In this document: positions 48,316-58,321 of the stretch, piece by piece | How positions within the stretch are numbered: position 1 is the first letter of the stretch | How the letters are laid out: every line of letters begins with the position of its first letter | Source: Candidatus Kapaibacterium sp. | GTDB taxonomy: Bacteria; Bacteroidota; Ignavibacteria; Kapaibacteriales; UBA2268 | DNA: 64,000 nucleotides | NCBI GenBank assembly: GCA_963664875.1 | Contig: OY761611.1 | Span: 800,001 to 864,000 of the forward strand | Direction of reading: 5' to 3' | Position numbers and translations under genes: made by a program | The notes under the pieces: generated by a model | Databases searched by the model: none | The model's input: only the letters and a program-made list of their open reading frames with translations | What the model was told of the DNA's origin: nothing

Positions 48316-49671
48316 CTATAAATTAACTTTGTCGATTTTTTGCATTTTCCCGTAGAAAATATCTTCTCCTTTTAATGATAATTTCCGTGCTATGTGTGAG
48401 TTTTTTATCCCAAAACGCACTAAATCATGTACAATTGACTTTGGATGAGAAAAAGGACAGACTTTCATGCAAAGTCCGCAATCAGTTCCTATATGACGCC
48501 AGTATAACAAGCATTTTTCTGGGTTCATCTGCCATTTTTCTACTCCTCTGATTATGGATTTATCATTTGACGGAATAGCTCCAGAAGGACAATTATTGGC
48601 GCATTTTTTACATAATTCGCAAAACTCCTGCACACCAAACTTAATTGGTTCACTCTGTAATAATGGCAATTCAGTAGTTACAACTCCAAGTCTAATGCGT
48701 GCCCCATATTGAGGTGAAATAAGATATCCCAATCTTCCAAGTTCACCCAAACCGGCATCGTGAGCAATTGCCGGCAAAATTACTTCATAGTTAGAGCCCG
48801 GTATATGTGCTTTTGCATCATATCCCATATTTTTGATAAATAGTTCTAATGCCATAGATATTTTCTGAGTATCCATATACTTTAGAGCGGTTTCTTCGGT
48901 TATGCAAATATTGGGAGCTTCATCTACTTTGAAATAATCCATTTCTACAGAATAAACCAAAGCATAATTATGGGTTAGATTTATCTCTTCTCCCCAAATT
49001 CCTGGTCCTCTGCCTCTGTGAGAATATACCCATCTATGATTGATTAATGTTGTACCTACTTCTGCTGCCCCAAGATGAATTGCTTTCTCTTTAAGGATTG
49101 ATGTGAACTCTTCTATAGTTTTATCAATTTTCTTACTATTTGTTGTTTGTGTTTGTAAGTAGCAGTTATTGTGCTGTATTTGAAAGAGCGAAGCAATATA
49201 TTTCGATTTAACCTCATCGTAATACTTAGTACCTTCCGACAATAACTCTGGTTTACGGCGAATTTTTTCGTCTATATTTAGGTTTTGCGGACGTAATTTG
49301 TAATATTCAACATGCTTAGAAGTACCATTTGCATACTCTTCTCTTGAAAACATACCGTCACGCTCATCAAATCTCTCATTTGATTCAAGAATTTTTAAGA
49401 AACTAGTGTTGCCTAATGGAATAAAATATAAAATTATAACACACAAAACTGCAACAGCTATATAGAAGACAAGGATTTGACTTAGTAAAAAACTAAAGGG
49501 AACAAAAAGCGCAACAAGAATCGCTATTGTCGTAGCAATTTTGAAAGCTCTTACTTTTTTCTCTTTGTTTGCCTTAAATGCAAAAGTAAACAACACAGTA
49601 CTTAAAGTGCTGAAAAACGCGCAGTTTAAGAGTCCTAAAACAGAAATCAAATCACTCTCCAATATCTTCAT
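48316..49671 (-). CDS. Reductive dehalogenase-like (cobalamin/2x[4Fe-4S]) protein with N-terminal TM helices
   Basis: LGAAEVG, WVYS, AHDAGLGELGRLG..I.PQYGARIRL, FCELCKKCANNCP, CGLCMKVCP; no Tat RR motif. Confidence 0.82.
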   Translation of the reverse strand: MKILESDLISVLGLLNCAFFSTLSTVLFTFAFKANKEKKVRAFKIATTIAILVALFVPFSFLLSQILVFYIAVAVLCVIILYFIPLGNTSFLKILESNERFDERDGMFSREEYANGTSKHVEYYKLRPQNLNIDEKIRRKPELLSEGTKYYDEVKSKYIASLFQIQHNNCYLQTQTTNSKKIDKTIEEFTSILKEKAIHLGAAEVGTTLINHRWVYSHRGRGPGIWGEEINLTHNYALVYSVEMDYFKVDEAPNICITEETALKYMDTQKISMALELFIKNMGYDAKAHIPGSNYEVILPAIAHDAGLGELGRLGYLISPQYGARIRLGVVTTELPLLQSEPIKFGVQEFCELCKKCANNCPSGAIPSNDKSIIRGVEKWQMNPEKCLLYWRHIGTDCGLCMKVCPFSHPKSIVHDLVRFGIKNSHIARKLSLKGEDIFYGKMQKIDKVNL

Positions 49672-50089
49672 TCCAAAGTTCCGGTTTTTCTATCATAAAC
49701 TTTTTCATTAGCTCTTTACTTTCTGTATCATCAAGGACTTCTATTTCAACACCACGTGATTTTAGAAGTTCTTCTTCTCCCATGAAACTAACATTTTCGC
49801 CTATTATTACTTTAGGAATCCCATAAAGCAAAACTGCACCCGAACACATTGGGCATGGTGACAGAGTTGTATATAATACAGATTCTCTATAAACTTTAGC
49901 AGGCAACCTTCCTGCATTTTCTAATGCATCCATCTCACCATGAAGTATAGCACTGCCATTTTGTACACGTCGATTATGTCCGCGCCCAATAATTTCACCG
50001 TTATAAACAAGCACTGAACCGATAGGAATGCCTCCTTCTTCATAGCCTTTTTTTGCCTCTTCTAAAGCTGCCTGATAGAACTTATCCAT
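49652..50089 (-). CDS. Zn-dependent nucleoside/cytosine deaminase
   Basis: GGIPIGSVL, HGE, TTLSPCPMC. Confidence 0.9.
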   Translation of the reverse strand: MDKFYQAALEEAKKGYEEGGIPIGSVLVYNGEIIGRGHNRRVQNGSAILHGEMDALENAGRLPAKVYRESVLYTTLSPCPMCSGAVLLYGIPKVIIGENVSFMGEEELLKSRGVEIEVLDDTESKELMKKFMIEKPELWNEDIGE

Positions 50090-50180
50090 AATTGCCACCA
50101 AATAATAAAAAACTATCTGAATAATTGAAAATATACGAGTATTCAGATAGTTTACAAAATCTTATTTATATCTTATTTTT

Positions 50181-52496
50181 TTAGATGGCTGTACTTACCC
50201 CAAGGGAGAAAGTTCTTGGGCGAACCGGTCCATATATATATCCGGAATCTCTATGCGCTCCCAAATCAAAGTCGTCCTGGAAGCTATTAAACATATTGTA
50301 AACGGAAAATGTTAGTTTAATCTCCGGCTCAATATCAATAAGCGTATAGGTAACTTTACTGTTAAATTCTACAAAACTTGGAGTTTCTACTAATTCATCT
50401 TCGGTAATTGCACCTTCAAATTCTGCACCTGCATAATGAGGTGTGAACATAGAGCCGGTAAACACTGCTGTTAAATCTAATTGCAATCTTTAATGCAGGG
50501 TCATAAATGCAGTCATGTAGCCGTACAAATCAGGAGTTCTTAGCATATTGTCAGTAGTTTTTGGTGCTATACCTTCGCTTGGAGTCCCTTCAGACCATCT
50601 CACAGGAGTGTCGTACTTGCTTGTTTGGTAAGTCAGTGCCGCCTGAAATTGGTAATCTCTCGAAAGTGAGACTTGTGCCTCGAATGTTAGTCCATTGACG
50701 TTTGCACCATCTCCGTTTGTTTTCAAAAAAACAGTATTTCCGGATCCGTCTTCGCCGATTTCTTCATTTACAAAAACATCTACTAAATTAATATTAAAGT
50801 ATTCTACTGAAAAAGAGACAGGCATACCAAATATTTCGTCACCATAATCTACAGAACCAGAGTATCCCCATGATCTTTCTTCTTTCAGATTTTCATCTAA
50901 TTTGATAATCTGTCTCACACCACCTCTAAGCTCTGCATGTAAATCATTGTCGTATGCCTGAGGAGCTCTGTAACCAGAAGTAAAACTTCCTCTAAGAGAG
51001 ATTTTGTCATTTAGTTTGAACATAGAGGTAACTCTCGGAGTGAGAATAACATTATCAACAAAGTTGTGCTTATCGGCTCTTAAACCAAAAAGCAAACTCA
51101 AATCTTCAGTAAAAAGCCAATCATTTTGGAAATAAAGTCCTAAGAGTCGGGTAGTTTGATTAAGACTAGCATTATAGCCTGTCGCTACATTTTCCACATC
51201 TTCATATTGAAAATCAACACCAGCTGAGAAAAAAGAACTACCGAACATGAACTCATCAAATGTATGTGTATATTGAGTACCTCCCACAGCTACAAGATTA
51301 TTTGTATAACCATAACCATTAGGATCTTTTTGTACACCGGTGTAGTTATCTCTATCTGTATGATTGAGAGAAGTAAATAGAGAGATTTGGTCTTTTCCGC
51401 CATTAAAAAAATGATTAAGAGTTAGATTACCCCCACTGACCTGATGCGTCAAATCTTCAGCCATAAGTGCAAGATGTGGCGGCAAATCTATATTATCACC
51501 ACCTCTTCTGTATTCGTTGAGACTATGGAGAGAGAGTGAGATCTTTGTAAAAGCATCAAAATTGTAGTATGCTTTTAGTCCTAAAGAATTTTCACGAATG
51601 TATGATGCTTCGGAAAAACCGTCACCATTTGCATCCCAAGCATCCCGTTCTCTGAAATTACCAAAAAGATAAACACCTGATTTATAATTATCACTAATCA
51701 TTGAGCTGTTTAACTGCAAGGTTTTGTCGGCAGAAGTTTCGTCTATTACACTATGCACATATTTTCCGGAAAATTGGTTTTTATTAGGCTCTTTAGTAAT
51801 AATATTAACTACACCACCTATTGCATTTCCTCCATATAATGCTGAACCGCCACCTCTTACAACTTCTACCCTTTCAACCATATTTGCCGGGATTTGATCT
51901 AAACCATATAATCCGTTTAATGCACTAAAAATGGGTCGGCTGTCAATTAGTATCTGTGTATATTGGCCATCTAAGCCATTCAGTCTGACTTGAGAAAAAC
52001 CACAATTCTGGCAGTTTGCTTCTACTCTTAGTCCGGGCTGGAATCTAATGCCATCTTTCAAAGATGCGGACTCGGTAGCTTCAAACACCTGAGAAGCTAC
52101 AAACGACATTTTGATTGGCACATCTTCGTACAGTTTTTCTGATTTAGTAGCAGTAACTACCACAGTGCCTGATTTTGAGGCTTTTTCCTTTAGAGAAAGG
52201 TTAATGTCAAATTTGTCGCCGTCTTCATGTTCAATCTTAACTGTGTAATAAAATGTTTCAAAGCCAACGGCTGTTATTCTTATCTTGTGTTCTCCGTCAG
52301 GCACATGTTTAAGTACAAATTCACCGTTTTTATTGGCAACAGCACCAATCATTGTGTTTTCAATCCTTACAGTCGCTCCCGGAATACCTTTTCCATCACT
52401 ATCGCTTACTTTGCCCCTAAGTATCCTGTCGTGAGCATATAAATGGTTTGTAATAACTACTAAGAATAAAAGAATAAAGACTATCGAATTACGCAT
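50181..52496 (-). pseudogene. TonB-dependent receptor interrupted by an in-frame TAA (50490-50492)
   Basis: ORFs 50490..52559 and 50181..50486 share a frame (...CAT TAA AGA TTG...) and align without gaps across the stop to the 14312 paralog. Confidence 0.85.
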
Positions 52497-52902
52497 TTTG
52501 TGAAACCTTATCATTAGTTGTAACTGAATTATTATGTACTGTCGCGATTCGCGAAACATACATATATTAGTTACGACTATATTTGATTTTAGTTACACAT
52601 AATACAGAGGATTTAATATCTAGAGTTTAACTTTTATAAAAATAAATGGGAAGCAGATATAAAGCTACTCAGAAACACTTTTTTTACCATTGCTCTCTAC
52701 CCTAATTCAAATCATGTCTCTAACATGACTACTAAATCGAAATAGATTACAAATGAATTTTAGATATTTTGCATATAGTATTTTATATTATATTACATTA
52801 TTATATTCTTTACAAGCAATATATGCTTGATTTTCAGCGTTTTTTTGTATTGTTTTGTATAGTTGTTAGTTTATCAAGTTATATGTTTAAGGAGTATATA
52901 AC

Positions 52903-53361
52903 ATGGCTTTATCACAAGTATCAGTATGTTGCGAAATGAAACAAGGTTTTCGCACTGAAGTTACAGCATCTCATAATTTCATTATAGATCAGCCTAAGAC
53001 TTTAGGCGGCACTGACGAAGGAGCAAATCCTTTAGAAGTGTTTTTAAGCTCGCTGGGTGGTTGTGTCTGTGCTATTGGCAGAATCATAGCAATGCAAAGA
53101 AAAATGGACGTTAGAGCAATCACTTGCAAAGTGGAAGGCGATATTGACAAAAGTGTGCTAATGGGCAAAAGCAAAGATGGTCGTGCAGGTTTTACAGAAA
53201 TCAGAACTTATGTAAATATCGATGCAGATATGACATTGGAAGAGAAACAATCATACCTCGAAGAAATCGAATCGCGTTGCCCGATTGCTGATAATATTTT
53301 GCACCTATCTACAATCAAACCTATAGTTGTTAATGCTGAGGAATTAGCAGTAAACAACTAA
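52903..53361 (+). CDS. OsmC/Ohr family protein
   Basis: DQPKTLGGTDEGANPLE...LGGC...RCP; AAGGAG SD. Confidence 0.92.
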   Translation: MALSQVSVCCEMKQGFRTEVTASHNFIIDQPKTLGGTDEGANPLEVFLSSLGGCVCAIGRIIAMQRKMDVRAITCKVEGDIDKSVLMGKSKDGRAGFTEIRTYVNIDADMTLEEKQSYLEEIESRCPIADNILHLSTIKPIVVNAEELAVNN

Positions 53362-53394
53362 ACTATGATCTCCGATATATTGTAGAAGAAACAG

Positions 53395-53428
53395 AAACAC
53401 TCGCTTTAATCAAGCGGGTGTTTTTTTT
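53395..53428 (+). terminator. Terminator after the OsmC-like gene
   Basis: AAACACTCGCTT/AAGCGGGTGTTT plus T-run. Confidence 0.8.
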
Positions 53429-53656
53429 AGATGCCTCACAAAAAGATTATATTGCTGAACAGTATTTTTTTACTATATTGCTACGGAGTATTTATAATAC
53501 TATTCTTAGACATACTTCTCTTTTGATATATATATTACAGATATTATATAATATTCTAAGAATTATTCGGGAAAGTAGCTTTTTCTTTAGCTGCATATAG
53601 TTCTTAAAGAGCTTACATATATATTTGTTATAGGGATTTTACAACAGGAGCATTTT

Positions 53657-55072
53657 ATGAAACTAAAACTTTTTGTGTCTGCATCTTTATTATTAGCAGG
53701 CATCATTGGGCTTTTTACTATTATTCAAAGTAAAGAAGCCACAAAAGAAAAGCACAATCATGCTGAGTACTTTGAAACAGCTTTTGCAACTCCTCAGGAC
53801 GTAACGAGAGCTTGCATTGAGTGCCATGAAGAAGAAGCTACAAATTTTCTTCATACACGCCATTGGAATTGGCTTGGTGATGAGTTTGAAAAAGAAGGTC
53901 ACGGCAAAGTAAGACTTGGGAAAAAAAATATTATCAATAACTTTTGCATCGCTGTTTCCTCAAATGAACCAAGATGCACCAGCTGCCATCCGGGATACGG
54001 TTGGAAAGATAATACTTTTGATTTTACAAATAAAGAAAATATAGACTGTCTTGTTTGCCACGATCAGACGGGCACTTACAAGAAAGTACCAACTGAAGCC
54101 GGCATGCCGGATCCGAAGGTTGATTTATTAGCAGTTGCAAAATCTGTTGGAAAATCTTCTGTAAATACATGCGGAAGCTGTCACTTTAACGGTGGCGGAG
54201 GTGCCTCAGTAAAACATGGAGATTTAGATCCTTCATTGCTCCAAAAAGACAAAAATATTGATGTCCACATGGGCGGTCAAGGTATGAGTTGCTCAGATTG
54301 CCACACTGCTTCTGATCACAAAATAAGTGGTGCAAGCCATGCTTCTATGACAGAAGGTAAAAACCACATTTCCTGCCAAAACTGCCATGAAGGTGCAAAA
54401 ATTCATAAAAATGAAAAAATCAACACCCACATGGAATCTTTAGCTTGTGAAACGTGTCACATCCCTGCTATTGGTAGAAACAATGCTACAAAAACATGGT
54501 GGGACTGGTCAACTGCAGGTACAAGAGAAGATGAAAAAGGACCTGACGGACATGATGTTTATGCTAAGAAAAAAGGCGATTTCAAATGGGAAAGCAACGT
54601 AATCCCTACTTACAAATGGACAAACGGCAAAGTTGACTATTACCTTGCAGGCGATAAAGTTGATGACACAAAAGTGCTCGAATTAAACATTTTAAAAGGC
54701 GATATTTCTGATCCAAACTCAAAAATTGCTCCTTTCAAAGTAATGCGAGGAAAGCAACCTTACGACCCTGTAAATAAATATCTGATTATTCCGAAGTTGT
54801 TTGGCAAAGACGGCTATTGGAAAACTTTTGATTGGGTGAAAGCATCTGAAATAGGTATGAAAAGCGTAGGGCTCGAATTTTCCGGCAAAGTAGATTTTAT
54901 CGAAACTGCCATGTATTGGTCTCAAAACCATGGTGTTACTCCAAAAGAAAAAGCACTCAAATGTACAGATTGTCACGGTACTAAAGCTACAAGAATTGAC
55001 TGGGCATCGCTTGGTTATGCCGCTGATCCTATGAAAAAAGGTGGCAGAAAGAAAAACAATCTTGTAAAATAA
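53657..55072 (+). CDS. otr: Octaheme tetrathionate reductase (OTR) family cytochrome c
   Basis: 8 CxxCH; HWNW...GKKNIINNFC...RCTSCHPGYGW, DCLVCHD, VKHGDLD motifs typical of OTR. Confidence 0.88.
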   Translation: MKLKLFVSASLLLAGIIGLFTIIQSKEATKEKHNHAEYFETAFATPQDVTRACIECHEEEATNFLHTRHWNWLGDEFEKEGHGKVRLGKKNIINNFCIAVSSNEPRCTSCHPGYGWKDNTFDFTNKENIDCLVCHDQTGTYKKVPTEAGMPDPKVDLLAVAKSVGKSSVNTCGSCHFNGGGGASVKHGDLDPSLLQKDKNIDVHMGGQGMSCSDCHTASDHKISGASHASMTEGKNHISCQNCHEGAKIHKNEKINTHMESLACETCHIPAIGRNNATKTWWDWSTAGTREDEKGPDGHDVYAKKKGDFKWESNVIPTYKWTNGKVDYYLAGDKVDDTKVLELNILKGDISDPNSKIAPFKVMRGKQPYDPVNKYLIIPKLFGKDGYWKTFDWVKASEIGMKSVGLEFSGKVDFIETAMYWSQNHGVTPKEKALKCTDCHGTKATRIDWASLGYAADPMKKGGRKKNNLVK

Positions 55073-55127
55073 TACTTTTTTTGTATCGGTTGTTTTTATA
55101 TAGTTGCTGACATCTAAAATACTAAAG

Positions 55128-55186
55128 AAAAAACAGGACATTGATTTTGTGGATTATTCAATCCCGAACAATGTCCTGTTTTTTTT
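55128..55186. terminator. Bidirectional terminator
   Basis: AAAAAACAGGACATTG/CAATGTCCTGTTTTTT. Confidence 0.75.
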
Positions 55187-55224
55187 ATATTCAACAAAGT
55201 ACTAACAAACTATTGTAGTTTTGA

Positions 55225-56421
55225 CTATAAATTCTCTTTCAAGATTTTAGAGAGATTTTTATCTAATTCCTTGTCGTAGCCTGAATGTTGGTACAATAAT
55301 TTGCCGTCTTTTCCAATAACATACAATGTCGGATAGCCCTGCACATTTAGTAGTTGAGCAACTTTATCTCCATCAACAAGAGTAGGGTATGATACTTTTT
55401 TCTCTTTCAAAAATTCTTTTGGATTAGCTCCTTCAGGTTCTCTGCAGCTTATTCCGTAGATGTGTATTTTATCTCCGAACTCTTGATATACTTCTTCAAT
55501 TTTCGGCATGGCTACAACACACCATATACACCAAGTACCCCAAAAATCGAGAATTACCGGCTTTCCTCTTAAGCTAGAAAGAGAGATTTCTTTTCCGTCT
55601 GCATCTTTTAGAGTCCAATCAGGCACTAAATCACCTTCTTTCATTTCGACCGGAGTGATAGTTTCGGCAGCCTTTTCCATTTCTTTTTGATTTTGAGCAG
55701 TTACATATTCTTCGTAGGTCATATAACCTGCTGGAACTTGCAAATCAAATTCTTTGTCTTCTATATCATTAACTACTTCAACTTTATTGATGAGCATATT
55801 GTCAACCTGGATGAGGTGATCTCCATTTTTTACAACGGATAGTATAGCCGTAGGGAAACCTGATTTTTTAGAAATTAACTGGTTTGAGTAAAAATCTAAA
55901 CCAAGTCTTTCGTCGAAAGATTTATTAGAAATATGGTAAGAATCTTCCGAATTAACAACAGTATCTGCTTCCCAAACAAAATCTTTGAACTGCGAGCTTG
56001 AATCTATTCCCTGTGCATATTCTTCATATTTTAGAAACGGCAAGAAGTTTTCTATTACTCTTGCTTTGCGTTGTAAGTCCTGAGCAAATTCCTGAGGATT
56101 TTCAGTACTGAAGAACCATTTGTCTTTGTTATTTATAACGGTAAGACGTTTGCCATTAAAAGCCACCTGATTATCGCCGTTGACTGAGTAGAATTTGAAG
56201 TCTTTGCCGTTTTCTGCAAATTCAGCTATTAGGGATTCTTTCTCGTTTTTGAGAGTAGCTTCAGAAAATCCGGTTTGATAACTGAGGTCAGCTCTGAAAG
56301 CCTGCACTGTTGTGCGTTTTTTGAATGATTCTTTGAATAAATCTTTTATGTCTTTCGGGCGTTGCTCCGAGCAAGCCAATAAAGCGCAGCACATAAGAAT
56401 AGAAGCCGCAATTTTTTTCAT
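55225..56421 (-). CDS. Lipoprotein with C-terminal TlpA/ResA thioredoxin domain
   Basis: Lipobox LLAC; LDFWGTWCIWC; YPT. Start moved to MKKIAA. Confidence 0.85.
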   Translation of the reverse strand: MKKIAASILMCCALLACSEQRPKDIKDLFKESFKKRTTVQAFRADLSYQTGFSEATLKNEKESLIAEFAENGKDFKFYSVNGDNQVAFNGKRLTVINNKDKWFFSTENPQEFAQDLQRKARVIENFLPFLKYEEYAQGIDSSSQFKDFVWEADTVVNSEDSYHISNKSFDERLGLDFYSNQLISKKSGFPTAILSVVKNGDHLIQVDNMLINKVEVVNDIEDKEFDLQVPAGYMTYEEYVTAQNQKEMEKAAETITPVEMKEGDLVPDWTLKDADGKEISLSSLRGKPVILDFWGTWCIWCVVAMPKIEEVYQEFGDKIHIYGISCREPEGANPKEFLKEKKVSYPTLVDGDKVAQLLNVQGYPTLYVIGKDGKLLYQHSGYDKELDKNLSKILKENL

Positions 56422-56449
56422 TTTGAACTCGATATAAATAGATAAACAG

Positions 56450-57781
56450 TTATTTATTTTTGTTTGTTTTTGTTTGTTTTTCTCTCTTTTCAATTTCTTT
56501 CAGATATTCCTTTGTCTTCTCTTTGTTTCCGGCAAAATCATAAACAGCGGCAATATTTCTGAGAGTTTTTAATGCCATATCTGAGTTAGGCCCGTCATTT
56601 TTTTCAAAAATATCGAGAGCTTTTTCTAAATATGTCAGTGCATAGTCGTATTTATAAGTATTAGCCAGAATTGTAGCAAGGTTATTCATCAGATATGCAA
56701 TTTCATTATGATTGTTGCCGAGATATTTCTGTTTAGTTTCAAGTACTTTCAGATAAATCCTTTCTGCTGAAGCCAAATCTCCCTTTTCTTGATAAACAGC
56801 CGCGAGATTGTTAAATACAGTTGCAATTTTTATCTCGTTTGTGTCGCTTAGTTGCTGCAACTTTTCGGCAGCTTTGATGAAATATTCCTCCGCTTTCTCG
56901 AAATTTTGCTTTTGTCGATAAAAATCACCCAAATTGTTATAAAGAATGGCTATTGGTTCGTATTTTTCACCTTTGTTTTCTTTATAGATTTTGGCTACAG
57001 AAAGCATTACACTTTCAAATTTTTGGAGACTATCCATTTTTGCATATATACCTGCAACCTGATGCAAATCATCGACACTCGCCATTGAGTATTGGCCGTA
57101 GTTTTTGACTTTGATATCTATATTCTTTTCGATCAGAGCTTTTGCTGCCTCGAGGGAATCCTGTTGCAAATAAATATTTGCGAGGTATCCTATCGGGGTT
57201 ATTAAAGATTGGTGCTCACCTCCATAATTCATACCGCGGACTCTAACACAATAGAACAGCAGCATCTTTGCCTTTTCTTCATTTCCGAGCTCCATATTGA
57301 GCATAGCATAGTTAAAATAAGTATCTGAAATGGACATATCAGATTCTCCGAGCAAAGACTTTTTCAAATCAATTGATTTTTTAAAAAGCTTTTCTGCATC
57401 TTTATATTTTCCCAAACCGGTTTTTGTTTTTGCAAGGTTATCGATTGCAACTGCAGTCTCTTTTGTTGAATCTTTTTTGTTGTACTCAAATATTTTCAAA
57501 GCTGTTTCGAAATGCTGCTCAGCATCTTTTAGCTCCTGCAAATTCAGAAATGCAACACCAGCCATATTATGAGAGCTTCCCGCTCTGAGACTCATCAAAC
57601 CGTATTCGTTTTCAGCAAATTTTGCTGCTTTTATAGCATTCTCTGACGCAGTAACATAATCCTGCTTTCTGAGAGATTCTAAAGTATTATTCATCTGCAT
57701 TTCCCAAGGGTCATCTTGGGAATAAAGCTCAGTTGCAAAAATAAGCGATATAGCAGCCAAAAAAACAATCAATTTATTCAT
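56450..57781 (-). CDS. Secreted tetratricopeptide repeat protein
   Basis: Signal peptide; repeated NNLA.Y...G....AE..Y.KAL TPRs. Confidence 0.9.
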   Translation of the reverse strand: MNKLIVFLAAISLIFATELYSQDDPWEMQMNNTLESLRKQDYVTASENAIKAAKFAENEYGLMSLRAGSSHNMAGVAFLNLQELKDAEQHFETALKIFEYNKKDSTKETAVAIDNLAKTKTGLGKYKDAEKLFKKSIDLKKSLLGESDMSISDTYFNYAMLNMELGNEEKAKMLLFYCVRVRGMNYGGEHQSLITPIGYLANIYLQQDSLEAAKALIEKNIDIKVKNYGQYSMASVDDLHQVAGIYAKMDSLQKFESVMLSVAKIYKENKGEKYEPIAILYNNLGDFYRQKQNFEKAEEYFIKAAEKLQQLSDTNEIKIATVFNNLAAVYQEKGDLASAERIYLKVLETKQKYLGNNHNEIAYLMNNLATILANTYKYDYALTYLEKALDIFEKNDGPNSDMALKTLRNIAAVYDFAGNKEKTKEYLKEIEKREKQTKTNKNK

Positions 57782-57898
57782 ATTTTATCCGTTCCTACGT
57801 TAAATTTACCTAAGTTGTGTTCAAATTATTTGTTAATGTACCATTTTTTTTATTATATTATAGCATATTACTACTAAACAATATAAAGGGCATTTTTG

Positions 57899-58294
57899 AT
57901 GAAAGCAAAATACATCATTACGGCAATAATAGCAATAGCTTTTATAACTCTTGCATATTCTGCTTTTGATAGTAGCAAAATAGAATATACTGATTTTAGC
58001 TACGCAAAAAAAACCGGCAACAAAGTGCAGGTAACCGGCTCATGGGACAAATCGCAAAACTACACGTATGATGCAGAATCAAATACATTTACTTTTGTTA
58101 TGAAAGATGAAGCACAAAAAACATCCAAAGTAGTATATAAAGGTGCAAAACCAAACAACTTTGATATTGCCCCTATGGTAGTAATCAAAGGACAATTCGA
58201 AGGAGACACTTTTATTGCATCAGAAATTTTGACAAAATGTCCTTCTAAATATGAAGCAGATTTTGAAGAAATTAAAAAGAACACTAAAGTTTAA
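57899..58294 (+). CDS. ccmE: Cytochrome c maturation heme chaperone CcmE (CxxxY variant)
   Basis: N-terminal TM, V.Y.GAKPNNF...G, ILTKCPSKY. Confidence 0.92.
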   Translation: MKAKYIITAIIAIAFITLAYSAFDSSKIEYTDFSYAKKTGNKVQVTGSWDKSQNYTYDAESNTFTFVMKDEAQKTSKVVYKGAKPNNFDIAPMVVIKGQFEGDTFIASEILTKCPSKYEADFEEIKKNTKV

Positions 58295-58321
58295 ACTCTC
58301 AACTACTAATACTCGAAAGGA

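Noticed and set aside
50490-50492. Stop-codon reassignment or programmed readthrough
   Set aside because: Only one case, and TAA terminates many well-conserved genes here.
52497-52902. Cobalamin riboswitch upstream of the TBDR beside the RDase-like gene
   Set aside because: No B12-box elements recognisable in the correct orientation by eye. An Infernal/Rfam scan would settle it.
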